Source: a virus. From it: a stretch of 64,000 nucleotides of DNA. The notes under the pieces are model-generated. The model searched no databases. It was not told the origin of the DNA and was given only the letters and a program-made list of their open reading frames with translations. Below, piece by piece: positions 1 to 10,208 of this stretch. The number at the start of each line of letters is the position of its first letter. Within the stretch, counting starts at the first letter, position 1. The stretch covers positions 33,369 through 97,368 of the IMG/VR virus record IMGVR_UViG_3300025276_000026. One strand, 5' to 3'. The position numbers and the translations under genes were made by a program.

Positions 1-332
1 ATTGCTCTATCTTTGCACCATGATTCAGTTTCGTTTACCAACCAATCGGTTGGTGTCGCTTCGGTAAGTTTTCCTATACTATCTACAATAGTTTTGCTTT
101 GAGATAACAGTCCATCATTCAATGACGTGTTGTTATCTAGATTTATGAGAAGTGCTTCCACTGTAGGTGGTTTAGTGTACTTATCGAAATAAGATATTAT
201 CTCGTTAAATACAGTCTTCTCGTCCGACTCGGAGAAATACTCTTCCTTAAGGAACGGTATTACCTTCCTTGTAAAGGGTTCATTCTGAACTAAGTTCTTC
301 AGTATTGTCTGTTCTAATCTCACTTGTTCCAT
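1..332 (-). CDS. gp41: T4-like replicative DNA helicase, N-terminal part (truncated by window edge)
   Basis: Manual translation [33 protein letters not shown]; follows and overlaps uvsX as in T4-like phages; not in ORF track. Confidence 0.85.
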   Translation of the reverse strand, partial: MEQVRLEQTILKNLVQNEPFTRKVIPFLKEEYFSESDEKTVFNEIISYFDKYTKPPTVEALLINLDNNTSLNDGLLSQSKTIVDSIGKLTEATPTDWLVNETESWCKDRA

Positions 333-1335
333 ACTTAAAATATTCCTGTGCTTTCTCTTCAAGTAACGCCATTACATCGGGTGTAAAGTGTTTCTCGGGA
401 TTGTTATTAATTGTCTTTCCGAATTCGGTTTTACCTGTAGGTAGTTTAACACGAGTTCCTTCTTTTGTAAAGACGCCAAATGCAAGTGCCATGTCTAAAA
501 GACCATAGTACCTGTCCAATCCTTTCTCATAAGAAAGTCTTACATCCACCACTCTATTCTCAACTGTCATCCTTGACTTTGCATTCTTGCAATGGATGAT
601 GTTTCCGATTACCTCTGTACCCTCTTTCTCTTTCTTCTTAGAAAGATAGATGATTGATGATGCAGCGTACTTGAGTCCACTACCACCACCCATCTCTTTT
701 TGAGGGAACATTGACCCAATCACATCATATGTGTGATTAGTGACAATCATGGGGACACCAACTCTACCTAATTTCAATGTCAAGACTCTGAATGCACCTT
801 TGGTGATTTGAGCTCTTGTCATATCTTTGGTTTCCTTACCTTCTGCAGTGTCTTCGATTTCTTTAGTAGTTGATAACATACCAAGTGAATCTAAACAAAA
901 CATCATTTTAGGACGTTTGGTTTTGGGGGTATCATTATACTTATCCAGTATACTGATTGCTTGATTTCTGAATTCCTGTACTGTAACAACTGGAACAATA
1001 ACAACTCTTGACGAGTCTATTCCTCTTGATTCAATCATATCTCTCGATATTGCAGATTCAGATTCAAAGTAAATCACTGCTGAATCGGGATGGTCTTCGA
1101 GGAATTGTTTTACCATGCCGAGGGCAAAGTAAGTTTTTCCTGTTGCAGATTCTCCAGCGATTGCTGTGATTTTGTTTGCTGGTAGACCACCGTATAGTGA
1201 CCCACTTAATAGTGCATTAAAAATATGACTTCCAGTATCAATAAAGGAATCCACATCTCCAGCTGCGACACCGTCGGAAACTATACTTGCGTATTCGTTG
1301 CCCGATGCTTTTACTAAATCTTTTAAAAATGACAT
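280..1335 (-). CDS. uvsX: RecA-like recombinase UvsX
   Basis: Walker [26 protein letters not shown] motifs; start moved to MSFLKDL, which has an AGGAG RBS. Confidence 0.95.
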   Translation of the reverse strand: MSFLKDLVKASGNEYASIVSDGVAAGDVDSFIDTGSHIFNALLSGSLYGGLPANKITAIAGESATGKTYFALGMVKQFLEDHPDSAVIYFESESAISRDMIESRGIDSSRVVIVPVVTVQEFRNQAISILDKYNDTPKTKRPKMMFCLDSLGMLSTTKEIEDTAEGKETKDMTRAQITKGAFRVLTLKLGRVGVPMIVTNHTYDVIGSMFPQKEMGGGSGLKYAASSIIYLSKKKEKEGTEVIGNIIHCKNAKSRMTVENRVVDVRLSYEKGLDRYYGLLDMALAFGVFTKEGTRVKLPTGKTEFGKTINNNPEKHFTPDVMALLEEKAQEYFKYGTSEIRTDNTEELSSE

Positions 1336-1360
1336 AACACTTCTCCTAATGTATACATCT

Positions 1361-1389
1361 ATTATACACAAAGGGTGGTGAAATTGTAA
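1361..1389 (-). promoter_or_regulatory. sigma70-like early promoter of uvsX
   Basis: TTACAA-17nt-TATAAT with a TG upstream of the -10. Confidence 0.6.
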
Positions 1390-1396
1390 GAGGGTT

Positions 1397-1576
1397 TTAG
1401 AGTTTTTTTTCTATTTCTTTTAGAGACTTACCAACTTGAGACATTTTTTGGTCGAACTTGGTATGTTCTTTCATCATTGCTGTAAGCTTAGTCATAGATA
1501 TTTCTAGATGAAAGATACAACCAAAGATAATCATAATCATTCCTATATAGAAACAATCCATGATAGTAATCAACAT
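1397..1576 (-). CDS. small hypothetical membrane protein (59 aa)
   Basis: Manual translation [25 protein letters not shown]...; TAATG coupling to the upstream gene. Confidence 0.6.
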   Translation of the reverse strand: MLITIMDCFYIGMIMIIFGCIFHLEISMTKLTAMMKEHTKFDQKMSQVGKSLKEIEKKL

Positions 1577-2067
1577 TAGGAAACCTCGTCTATTTGCTCT
1601 TGTGTAACGGTACCGTTACTGAGTAATAGAGCTCTATGTTCCATGTGTCTTTCTTGAGTAGTGTCTTTGTTTTCACCAGTGTATAATACTGCGTGATGGT
1701 CAAAAATCATTCGTTGATTGACTGAAACTCTTTCGTCTGTTTGAACGATTGGATTTCCTTCTTCGTCAAGTGGAGTAACAAATAGTTCTCCAAGTATTCT
1801 TCCGAACTTTCCTTTGTCATGACTAACGAGTGTGACATCACCTTGTGCAAGTAATTTTGTAAGATGATACTTAGATGCTTTACCAAAAACCTTCTCCACT
1901 AAGTCTCTTGTACGTGACTCGGGGGTATCGATTCCCATAAGACGCACTCTTTGTTTTTTTAGTACAGTTGAAAACCCTAAATCTATATCAACGTCAATTG
2001 TGTCGCCGTCAACGATTTTGGTTACTGTTACGTGAAATTCTGCTTGTTTAAATAATTTTTTACCCAT
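1576..2067 (-). CDS. thermonuclease (SNase-like) family nuclease
   Basis: IVDGDT, RVRLMGIDTPE and DKGKFGRILG motifs. Confidence 0.85.
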   Translation of the reverse strand: MGKKLFKQAEFHVTVTKIVDGDTIDVDIDLGFSTVLKKQRVRLMGIDTPESRTRDLVEKVFGKASKYHLTKLLAQGDVTLVSHDKGKFGRILGELFVTPLDEEGNPIVQTDERVSVNQRMIFDHHAVLYTGENKDTTQERHMEHRALLLSNGTVTQEQIDEVS

Positions 2068-2075
2068 GATTCTAT

Positions 2076-2546
2076 TTAGGAGTTCGCTAACTTAGGGGGG
2101 TTATTATGACCAATCATTGAATGGTCTAAGATGGGATGTTTGTAGTCTTCTGCTTGTTTGGACTCATAGTCTACCATCGCCTGTTTAATAGCATCTTCTG
2201 CTAGTACTGAACAATGTAATTTGATTGGTGGTAGTTGCAGTGCATCTGCAATGTCTTTGTCTTTGATGAGTTTTGCTTCATCGATAGTCTTACCCATCAT
2301 CAAGTCCACGAACAACGAAGAAGATGCAATTGCACTCCCACATCCGTAAGTCTTGAATTTTACGTCGACAATCTTTTCGTTGTCATCGAGTAAGAGTTGA
2401 AGTTGCATTACATCACCACACGCAGGAGCTCCTGCAAGTCCTGTTGCAACCTTGGGATTGTTTCTATCCAGTGAACCAACAGCGTGTTTTTGTGGGTTAG
2501 CGAGTACGGCTTCGAACCGTTGTACTACTTCTTTTGAGTATGCCAT
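2076..2546 (-). CDS. iscU: Fe-S cluster scaffold IscU/NifU-like
   Basis: GAPACGDVM, KFKTYGCGSAIASSS, LPPIKLHCSVLAEDAI. Confidence 0.95.
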   Translation of the reverse strand: MAYSKEVVQRFEAVLANPQKHAVGSLDRNNPKVATGLAGAPACGDVMQLQLLLDDNEKIVDVKFKTYGCGSAIASSSLFVDLMMGKTIDEAKLIKDKDIADALQLPPIKLHCSVLAEDAIKQAMVDYESKQAEDYKHPILDHSMIGHNNPPKLANS

Positions 2547-2554
2547 ATAGTTAT

Positions 2555-5047
2555 TTATCCAAAAAACGCATCAAGCGACGCAACTGGTTCAACATTCCAG
2601 CCAATCTTCTCAATAACCACCTTCAATGGTTCTATGAATGACTTGTCAAATTGCATGTCGTAGTTGATATATTTGTGTAATTCCAACTCTCTCGGAAGTA
2701 CATTCAAGAACGATATGACGTTCTCGTTAATTGGGTTAGGTGTTGTGAGGTATGTGAAGTGTAACTTCTCTCCACTCTTAATCAACTCGTAACGTTTGTG
2801 TATGTTCTTCTTCTTGAGATGATGGTTGTAAAGTAAAGCACCGCGTACGTGTATGGGTGTACCCTTTCCGTAAATCATCGATGGGTCTGCATACTGTTGT
2901 AGATTGTTGCAACCTCTTGGTGATGACATGTCTTCGGGTGGTAACCTTCTGAAGTCCATACGAGCATTCTCTACGAAATCCCATAGTTCTTGTTCGTCAC
3001 CTTGCATCACAATCTTGAATGCATCCGTAAGTCTACCTCTAACCCATTGTGGTGTACTAGACTTTGCAGTCTCAATACCCATCATCTTGAGTTTAGGTAC
3101 GGCTAGTCGGACTCCTTCGTTGTCGATGACGTTGAGGATATATCTTTTCTTTGCTGTCCATATTCCTCTGTCGGCGATGACCTCTCGTCCCATCTCCATT
3201 TTTTGTTCGTATGCGTTGGTGTATTCTGCAAGGTCTTCGAAACCTTTTTCAAGAACGCTCTCCATGTGTGACTTGGCGATGGAGTCGATGAAGTTAGTGA
3301 TTTTGGTTTTATCTGTTTCATTGGGCATGACCTGTTGTATCAATTTGTCTAGTGTAATATAAACAGAATCAGTATCCATTGCAACAACATAATCTTCGTC
3401 TGTCTTTAGAGTTGTGTTTAACCAATCATTGATTGTCTTCTCTGCATGTTTGATAATCAACTGACCCGACAATGTGATTGCCTCGGCAAGTTGTGGGTCA
3501 AAGAATGCAAAGTATTGATTGGCCAATGCACCATAAGCTGAGTTAAGTGCAATCTTTCTAACCTGTTGGTTATTGTAAGAACGTTTGATTAATGTATTGA
3601 GTTCGTTCTTACGTGTCTTGTCTTTACAAGTTTGCAGTTCCTTCTGATACTCAATCATCTTACCCTTCCACATCTTACGTTCGTCATAGAACTTCTGCAT
3701 AAGTTCGGGAAGGAAACCTTGTTTGTCGTTAGAGAACCTAGCACCGTTTGGTGTGATACCGAATGCACCGTCAACTACTGTTTCTTTGTTGAATAGTTTC
3801 TCTACGGATGTATCTGTTAGTCCTCTCTGCATCTTCTCGGGTGAGATGTTGTACTGCATAATGATGTGAGGATACAGTGAGTTTAAATCGAATGAGACAA
3901 CCCATTCATGTTTACCCACGATAGGTTCTTTAACATATGCACCTTGAATCCTGTCACCTTTTATCTGACCAAGTCTCTGAGGTGGTGTAGCAATGTTCTG
4001 TTCTTTAAGGAAGTTGTAGATGATTGTTTCCCAATACTTAACCATACCAAATGTATCATTGTAGTTACATTTTGCATTGTAAGACATTGCAAGAATCAAT
4101 TCCATCAATCCTAGTTTGTCTTCTAAGTCTTCTACCAAGGTAACATCCTTTACATTATATGCAAGGAACTTAGAATAGTTGTTTCTGTATAGATGGTGAA
4201 GAGAACCTTCCTCTTCATAGCTTATCTTGGTCTTACCTAACTCTACCTTTGCAATATGGTCTAGTCTGTAAGACTCTTGGTTTACGAATGTATGTTTTTT
4301 GTATAGTTCTAGGTAATCAATTACATTGATTCCGTACAGATTAAAAACCTGTTGCTGAGAACCCCAATTGGTTTTGAATTCTCTGACATCGCACATGTTC
4401 CATGGTGAGAACTTTTTGTGTGATTCTGTACCAAAGACTCTGTCCACACGATTACACAAATAAGTAATGTCAAAAGTATTAACATTCCAACCTGTGATGA
4501 TATCGAACTTCTCTTTTCTCCAGTACTTGATAAACTGTTCAAGTAAGTCTTTTTCATCCTGTGCTTCATGATAAGTCACATTCGCTGGTTTTTCATCCCA
4601 TGGGCCGATACCAAAAGTATGTGCCATGAATCTGAAGGGTTTGATTGTTATTGCATTGACCTTTTCCAAAGCTTGCATAGGTTCGGGGAACCCATCTTCA
4701 CATTCACACTCAATGTCGAGTGTTGCAATCTTGATTACTTTGGGGTCGTATTTGATGTCACCTTGAAACTTGTCGGCAATGTAGGTGTAGATATATCTAT
4801 CATAACCATGAATGTCCATTCCAGCAGTTCCTGCGAACTTCTCTCGGAACTTCCTTGCACCACCCATTGAATTTAGGTTCACTGGTTCTAGGTTTCTACC
4901 ATCCAATGACTTGAATGCAGAGTCCTTTTTAGTCGGGACGTAATGAGTTGGACGGTAATCCACAGACATTTGCACCTGTTTCTTACCTTGGTAACCCTTT
5001 ACGAGTATCTTGTCGCGTGTACGACATACGTTTGTATAAAAATCCAT
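2555..5047 (-). CDS. gp43: family B DNA polymerase
   Basis: DIE exonuclease motif, SFDLNSLYPHII, KIALNSAYG, DTDS; 830 aa; no intein evident. Confidence 0.97.
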   Translation of the reverse strand: MDFYTNVCRTRDKILVKGYQGKKQVQMSVDYRPTHYVPTKKDSAFKSLDGRNLEPVNLNSMGGARKFREKFAGTAGMDIHGYDRYIYTYIADKFQGDIKYDPKVIKIATLDIECECEDGFPEPMQALEKVNAITIKPFRFMAHTFGIGPWDEKPANVTYHEAQDEKDLLEQFIKYWRKEKFDIITGWNVNTFDITYLCNRVDRVFGTESHKKFSPWNMCDVREFKTNWGSQQQVFNLYGINVIDYLELYKKHTFVNQESYRLDHIAKVELGKTKISYEEEGSLHHLYRNNYSKFLAYNVKDVTLVEDLEDKLGLMELILAMSYNAKCNYNDTFGMVKYWETIIYNFLKEQNIATPPQRLGQIKGDRIQGAYVKEPIVGKHEWVVSFDLNSLYPHIIMQYNISPEKMQRGLTDTSVEKLFNKETVVDGAFGITPNGARFSNDKQGFLPELMQKFYDERKMWKGKMIEYQKELQTCKDKTRKNELNTLIKRSYNNQQVRKIALNSAYGALANQYFAFFDPQLAEAITLSGQLIIKHAEKTINDWLNTTLKTDEDYVVAMDTDSVYITLDKLIQQVMPNETDKTKITNFIDSIAKSHMESVLEKGFEDLAEYTNAYEQKMEMGREVIADRGIWTAKKRYILNVIDNEGVRLAVPKLKMMGIETAKSSTPQWVRGRLTDAFKIVMQGDEQELWDFVENARMDFRRLPPEDMSSPRGCNNLQQYADPSMIYGKGTPIHVRGALLYNHHLKKKNIHKRYELIKSGEKLHFTYLTTPNPINENVISFLNVLPRELELHKYINYDMQFDKSFIEPLKVVIEKIGWNVEPVASLDAFFG

Positions 5048-5053
5048 ACTGTT

Positions 5054-5082
5054 ATTATAACAGAAAAAGGATTATTCTACAA
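5054..5082 (-). promoter_or_regulatory. early promoter of gp43 (probably leaderless transcript)
   Basis: TTGTAG-17nt-TATAAT, ATG 6 nt downstream, no SD. Confidence 0.6.
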
Positions 5083-5293
5083 GTGTATTTCTAGAGGGAT
5101 TCAGTAATTCTTTTACTGCTTTGAGTTTGTCCTGTGCATCGGCTAAGTTAGCGACCAATTCATCAACAGCACCAACGACATCGGGATGTTCTCCGATACC
5201 GACTGGGTTTTGCTGATAGACTGAGATGTTTGCAGTATGAACTGCAATATCACCTTGGTACTTCTTTTCTAATGCTCTTAATATATCTGCCAT
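5072..5293 (-). CDS. conserved hypothetical protein of marine T4-like phages
   Basis: 73-aa ORF with NPVGIGEHPD motif, in operon context. Confidence 0.7.
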   Translation of the reverse strand: MADILRALEKKYQGDIAVHTANISVYQQNPVGIGEHPDVVGAVDELVANLADAQDKLKAVKELLNPSRNTLVE

Positions 5294-5294
5294 T

Positions 5295-5561
5295 CTACTT
5301 ATTGCCTGTTAGAACCTTGAAATTTTGTGCAAGATTTGGTCTTGGTTCAAATGCAGCTACTACTCTGACTTTTTTAATGTTAAAGGTATAATCCTTTGCA
5401 TAAGGTATCCATGGTGCAAGACCTACTTCCATATTGGTTCCCTTTAATTCTACGATACATGCGTGTGCTTCTTTTACTGTATAACTAGTTACGTTTTCGG
5501 AAACTAAACCTATTACAACATCGCCATTTTCTAGACGTAAACACTTTATAATTTCAGACAC
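5295..5561 (-). CDS. hypothetical protein (possible Sm-like fold)
   Basis: LRLENGDVVIG and LAPWIPY; overlaps lysozyme stop. Confidence 0.6.
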   Translation of the reverse strand: MSEIIKCLRLENGDVVIGLVSENVTSYTVKEAHACIVELKGTNMEVGLAPWIPYAKDYTFNIKKVRVVAAFEPRPNLAQNFKVLTGNK

Positions 5562-6009
5562 TTCTTACTTGCTCCTGTAATTCGAGAGAACGTCTCCCAA
5601 CTTGTTTAAACCATCGAGAGTCTTCCATCTCAACAGCCATTCCTTCCCAATTCTCCGATACAACTGCTTTCCACATGTTGTTAAATTTACCAAAACGACT
5701 TCCACCTAAGTTGAATGTCATGTTAACCAATACGTGTTGTATTGCTTCGGGTAGACTATAGAAGTCCTTCCCACCTTTTGATTCAAATACATGGATAGTT
5801 TCATCTACATGCTTGTCAAAATCAGATTCGTAATACGCATCTACTGTTGATTGACTAACTGGAGTTCCAGCTGGTTTACCTTGTTCTGCATCACCATCTT
5901 TAATAAGATGACCAACACCTAGTGTTAGATAACCTAATGAGTCTGCATAGACTTCAAGGACTTCACCTTCATGTCTTTTAATTTGTTCTTTTAATATTTC
6001 TTTATTCAT
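5554..6009 (-). CDS. lysozyme (T4-lysozyme/GH24-like endolysin)
   Basis: HEG...YADSLGYLTLGVGHL catalytic region; NMTFNLG; SRWFKQVGRR. Confidence 0.9.
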   Translation of the reverse strand: MNKEILKEQIKRHEGEVLEVYADSLGYLTLGVGHLIKDGDAEQGKPAGTPVSQSTVDAYYESDFDKHVDETIHVFESKGGKDFYSLPEAIQHVLVNMTFNLGGSRFGKFNNMWKAVVSENWEGMAVEMEDSRWFKQVGRRSLELQEQVRSV

Positions 6010-6310
6010 CCTGTTCCTGTTCCCTTTTCAATTGTTCATCCACGAGTTCCATCAAAATGTCACCCATGAGGTCGTTTAATTCACTATTATTTAGGAGTTC
6101 CTCAAGTCCAATATCTGTCTTTTGTTGACCGTGAGGGAACCTTCTTATAGTTCTTTGGAAATTAATGTTGGGTTTTCCATCTTCGAATTGTAACTTACCA
6201 TATTGGTATACAAGTCCGTCCCATTCTCCACCTGTCATCTCGATAGCAGCGTCGTTTTCACTTGGATTCTCGACTACCATGTAGACTTTGTTATCGAATA
6301 ATTTTGGCAT
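6002..6310 (-). CDS. hypothetical protein
   Basis: 102-aa ORF coupled to both neighbours. Confidence 0.65.
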   Translation of the reverse strand: MPKLFDNKVYMVVENPSENDAAIEMTGGEWDGLVYQYGKLQFEDGKPNINFQRTIRRFPHGQQKTDIGLEELLNNSELNDLMGDILMELVDEQLKREQEQDE

Positions 6311-6827
6311 GTATTTCCTCTTCGATTCTCATAGAATCATGTATAGAATTGTTATCATGTATATTTAGTTGTCCTAAAAGATTCATGTTTGTTAGTATGT
6401 TATTTATCTGTGTTCGTCTTCCCTTCAGCCATACTTCTGATTGTGTGTCTCCACGTTCTGCGTGACGATTGTGTTCTTCGGTTATGTCTACTGTTAGAAC
6501 GTAAACTAATGCTTCGTGATTTTGCATTAACCATTCTATGTCTACTCCTCTAAAGTATCTATCACCTTCTATTAGAACATGTTTGTAGGCAATGTTTGCC
6601 CACTCAATGAATTCTCTAAATTGTGGTATAGAACCGTGAGAGAGCTTATCAGTTCCACCGAATGTCTCTCCCTCGGGATATTGACCGACTACTAATATGT
6701 CACCATGTTCTTGGCACTTAAATAGTTTCATCGGTTCAATTAGGTTGGGTTCATCTAACCTAGAGATAAGTCTTCTCATGAGAGTTGACTTTCCCGAACA
6801 TGGAACTCCACCAACCATGATAATCAT
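6291..6827 (-). CDS. P-loop nucleotide kinase, probably linked to DNA base modification
   Basis: GGVPCSGKS Walker A, FGGTDKLS, LIEGDR; lies downstream of the MTase/TET genes. Confidence 0.75.
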   Translation of the reverse strand: MIIMVGGVPCSGKSTLMRRLISRLDEPNLIEPMKLFKCQEHGDILVVGQYPEGETFGGTDKLSHGSIPQFREFIEWANIAYKHVLIEGDRYFRGVDIEWLMQNHEALVYVLTVDITEEHNRHAERGDTQSEVWLKGRRTQINNILTNMNLLGQLNIHDNNSIHDSMRIEEEIHAKIIR

Positions 6828-7822
6828 ACTGAACTACCGTCCAAGTTGACTACCACATCTTCCAGTGGAAGACCATCATTAAGAGGGTCTGCTGTAGTAA
6901 TCTGACCTATGAATCCTCTGAATTCAAAGATGTGATGATACTTTCTATTAAGATGCTGGGTTACCCACAACATAGTTCTGTCAAAAGAATCCATCCAGTT
7001 ACTTCTTTGGTCTGCAATTTTTGAAGGGTCTACATTTAAAATGTAACCATAGATTTGAACTGGTACTAAGTACGTATCATACAAATCTATCATCTGTTTT
7101 ATTTTAGTTCCAAAGTCCCCATTTGGTCTTGCAAAACCTATCTGCTGTAAGTCAAGAACATACCCTTTCGATGGGAATTGATTCTCAGCAAGAATCCTGT
7201 TTGCAACTCCAGCGTCTACATCTATCACATTTTCAAATACAGAAAGACTTGACCTAAATCTATTAAAGATTGCAGTCCTTTGTGCTGGTGACTTTGTTGG
7301 GGTCATATCTTTTAATCTATCCTTCAAATAAGAAGTGTTATCTCTTGTACAAGAACCTTGGGCTACAAGTATCTTTAAAGCTTTAACATAGTCTTTGTCA
7401 TCATTATCCTGTGCTGGTAAATGACATTCATTGGATTGAATCATAAACATGATTTCATTAGCTGGTGTATCAAAAGTTACAACATCTACTATGACCATAG
7501 TTTGCTCAAGTTCTGTAAATGCTTCTAGTCTATTGAAACCTGCTTTCAGATAGTACTTTTCATCTGCACCAAGTTCGACTACCAATGGTGGTTCTGAATA
7601 GACCCAACCTAGGTTTTGAAATGAATCTACTAACTTAAGAACGTTTGCTCTTAAATGGTTGTAGACTCTAATGTTTAAAGATGGGCCTTTCTTTACAGAA
7701 TGTATGATATCTTCAAGTGGGATTAGTTTCCTAGTGGTGAAGTTTACACCTTTAGGATACTTTGGTTTACACTCTTTGAGTGACCTATTCACGTCGAATA
7801 GGATTTGATTATTGTTTGACAT
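6824..7822 (-). CDS. ParB/Srx-like domain protein
   Basis: PPLVV...YYLKAGFNRLEA resembles the ParB G-x-x-R motif; own GGAG RBS and upstream TAAATA. Confidence 0.5.
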   Translation of the reverse strand: MSNNNQILFDVNRSLKECKPKYPKGVNFTTRKLIPLEDIIHSVKKGPSLNIRVYNHLRANVLKLVDSFQNLGWVYSEPPLVVELGADEKYYLKAGFNRLEAFTELEQTMVIVDVVTFDTPANEIMFMIQSNECHLPAQDNDDKDYVKALKILVAQGSCTRDNTSYLKDRLKDMTPTKSPAQRTAIFNRFRSSLSVFENVIDVDAGVANRILAENQFPSKGYVLDLQQIGFARPNGDFGTKIKQMIDLYDTYLVPVQIYGYILNVDPSKIADQRSNWMDSFDRTMLWVTQHLNRKYHHIFEFRGFIGQITTADPLNDGLPLEDVVVNLDGSSV

Positions 7823-7911
7823 AGTTGTTCTCCATAGTCGTTAGTTTGGAACGACACCCATAAAAAAGGGTCTCTTTTTTATTTCAAGTGTAACTCCACT
7901 ATTATTTAGGT

Positions 7912-8913
7912 CTAAAAGAAACTGTCCAGTGAACCTTTGTCTTCATACTTTCCAGCATGAGGGCCGATAGGGTTCTCTGTCTTTCCAGCTCTTCCTTTAG
8001 TTGCAACATGTTCATCACAATATGCAACACATGATAACCTTACTCCTTCACCAGTGATAGGGGTAACACCGTGCAATTCATTTGAATCTGCAATCAGTAC
8101 GTCTCCATCATCTGCTTCAATAGCAATACCATATCTAGGGAAACATAAGTATGCACCCCCAAATTCTCCAATACGGAAGACACACATAGTTGTCATTCCG
8201 AACTCTAAATCTTTACCATCCAAATGTGCAGACATCTTTACAGTGCCACCAGTTGAATACTTGTTTGCAGATAACGCTGTCATCGGTGAACCACCAATGT
8301 GATACTTCTCATCTATACACTCATCTGCAAAAGTTTTTTGTAAGTTGTATACTTCGGGAACTGCACTCTTCAATGCTTCTTCATTGACGTTTGCAATCTG
8401 TGATAAGGTTTCAAACTTTTCTGCGTTAGATTTCTTTTGCATCCAACCACTTGCCTTAATCATTCCTGTGAATCTGCCACGTTTATACCCGATTAGAACT
8501 GAATGAATCTCGTTTGCTTCTGCAATACGATTGAACTCACCATTCTTCTTTAGTGGGTAATAACTGTTAGGTGTTCTTAGGACATAGTCCTTACCTTCGA
8601 TTAATCCTTTTGCCTTCATATCTTCGTGGTCGATAGGCCCGGCTGCATTTGCTCTCATTGTAGATGTATCATCGATAGAGAACAAAGTATCTTTAACTGT
8701 TTGGTAAGTCTTACCTTTGTATGCATTCTTTACAATACATGCAAGTAAGGTTTCACCCATAAGAGTACCATGTGGTTTATAGATTTTGATAACATCACCA
8801 TCATATTCGATAGATGATATAACAGTATCATAGGAATCTTCGGTAAGATATTTACCGTTCCACTCTTTGAAGGTTTCTTTAAACCCTAAGTCTTTTGTTG
8901 CAGTGAATTCCAT
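7912..8913 (-). CDS. TET/JBP-like 2OG-Fe(II) dioxygenase (5-methylpyrimidine oxidase)
   Basis: HLD...ELHGVTP...RLSCVAY (HxD/H/R) with GGAYLCFPRY; directly downstream of a C5-MTase; start set at MEFTATK. Confidence 0.8.
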   Translation of the reverse strand: MEFTATKDLGFKETFKEWNGKYLTEDSYDTVISSIEYDGDVIKIYKPHGTLMGETLLACIVKNAYKGKTYQTVKDTLFSIDDTSTMRANAAGPIDHEDMKAKGLIEGKDYVLRTPNSYYPLKKNGEFNRIAEANEIHSVLIGYKRGRFTGMIKASGWMQKKSNAEKFETLSQIANVNEEALKSAVPEVYNLQKTFADECIDEKYHIGGSPMTALSANKYSTGGTVKMSAHLDGKDLEFGMTTMCVFRIGEFGGAYLCFPRYGIAIEADDGDVLIADSNELHGVTPITGEGVRLSCVAYCDEHVATKGRAGKTENPIGPHAGKYEDKGSLDSFF

Positions 8914-10163
8914 GGTTCTATTATTTGTCCTTTTATGCTTTGAACGAGGTAGTATAAACAAAGTGGTGCAACCATCAATCCGATTCTTGCTCCCTTGTCG
9001 TCATAATCACCTGTCATTTTATAATCATTAGGTAAAGTCATTATCCTTACCATTTCTTGAGGTGTATAAATTCTTTTACCACCATGGTGGAAATGATTAC
9101 CACCCATAAACTTTGGTTGACACCCTGCTTCAGTCAATGAATGAGCTGGAAGATGTTTAGGAACGATTCTTGACATGTAGTAAGAATGTTTCTCATCTTC
9201 GGGTTTGATATGTCCAAGTCTAATGTTCTCTTGGAACCATGGTTTTACGATATGGTCTCCGATAGATGTATATGCTTGGTTCTCTCTTTCTTTAAGTACA
9301 GGGGTGAGTCCAAGACATGGAGTACACTCTGCAAATTCTTCCTTTGGGTGTACATCAAATCCATTTACCCAATGTCCTTTGGAAGATTCATCCATTGCAG
9401 TTTCTAAATAAGCTGCATCAATAATGTTCTGTTCGTCTGTTTCTAAATCGTGAATTGCATCTTCAATGGATGCAAATTCTTTTACTGGGTCGGGGAAAAC
9501 TGAAGACATGCACATCCAAGGCATTCCAATTCCTTCTAGTACATCATCACGTACACCAACCATGAATACTCTTTCTCTCTTCTGAGGTACACCATGCTGA
9601 TGTCCCTTCATAACTTTCCAAGTCACTGAGTATCCTAGTGCTTCGAAGTCGTTTACCATCCTGTTTAGATGGTCTCTTGCATAGTCCATTGAAAGACCCT
9701 TCACGTTCTCACATATTATAACTTTAGGCATTAACCCTTCGGCAATCCTAATCATTTCCCATGTAAGGTCTTCAATGTTCTGTTGCTTCATACCATAAGC
9801 CATCTTCTCTTTGTTCCAACCTTCTTTCTTGGAACCTGCCATAGAAAATGGTGGACAAGGTGGTGACCCATCCATGATATCTAATTCGTATTTCTTAAGT
9901 CCACTAAGCTCCATGATACCTTCTGCAGTGACTTCTTTGATGTCTCTACATTCGTGTACTGTGTTAGGGAAGTTTTCTAGGTAGGTGTCAACATGTAACT
10001 GTTGGAACTCGTTCATGTAACGAACGTCACCACCTGCTAGTTTGTAACCACATGAAGAACCCCCACCACCAGCAAAGAAAGTAATGTAATTAAACTGTTT
10101 ACTTTCACTGTTACGGTGAAGGTCTTCTAGGTTGTATTGAAAATATTTATTATCACTCATCAT
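8886..10163 (-). CDS. DNA cytosine-5 methyltransferase
   Basis: FFAGGGG (motif I), GSPPC (IV), ENV (VI), QKRER (VIII). Confidence 0.93.
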   Translation of the reverse strand: MMSDNKYFQYNLEDLHRNSESKQFNYITFFAGGGGSSCGYKLAGGDVRYMNEFQQLHVDTYLENFPNTVHECRDIKEVTAEGIMELSGLKKYELDIMDGSPPCPPFSMAGSKKEGWNKEKMAYGMKQQNIEDLTWEMIRIAEGLMPKVIICENVKGLSMDYARDHLNRMVNDFEALGYSVTWKVMKGHQHGVPQKRERVFMVGVRDDVLEGIGMPWMCMSSVFPDPVKEFASIEDAIHDLETDEQNIIDAAYLETAMDESSKGHWVNGFDVHPKEEFAECTPCLGLTPVLKERENQAYTSIGDHIVKPWFQENIRLGHIKPEDEKHSYYMSRIVPKHLPAHSLTEAGCQPKFMGGNHFHHGGKRIYTPQEMVRIMTLPNDYKMTGDYDDKGARIGLMVAPLCLYYLVQSIKGQIIEPWNSLQQKT

Positions 10164-10170
10164 AGACTCC

Positions 10171-10200
10171 ATTATACTATATTTAGCACAACTCTGTCAA
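10171..10200 (-). promoter_or_regulatory. early promoter of the MTase-TET operon
   Basis: TTGACA-18nt-TATAAT. Confidence 0.75.
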
Positions 10201-10208
10201 GGCGATTT

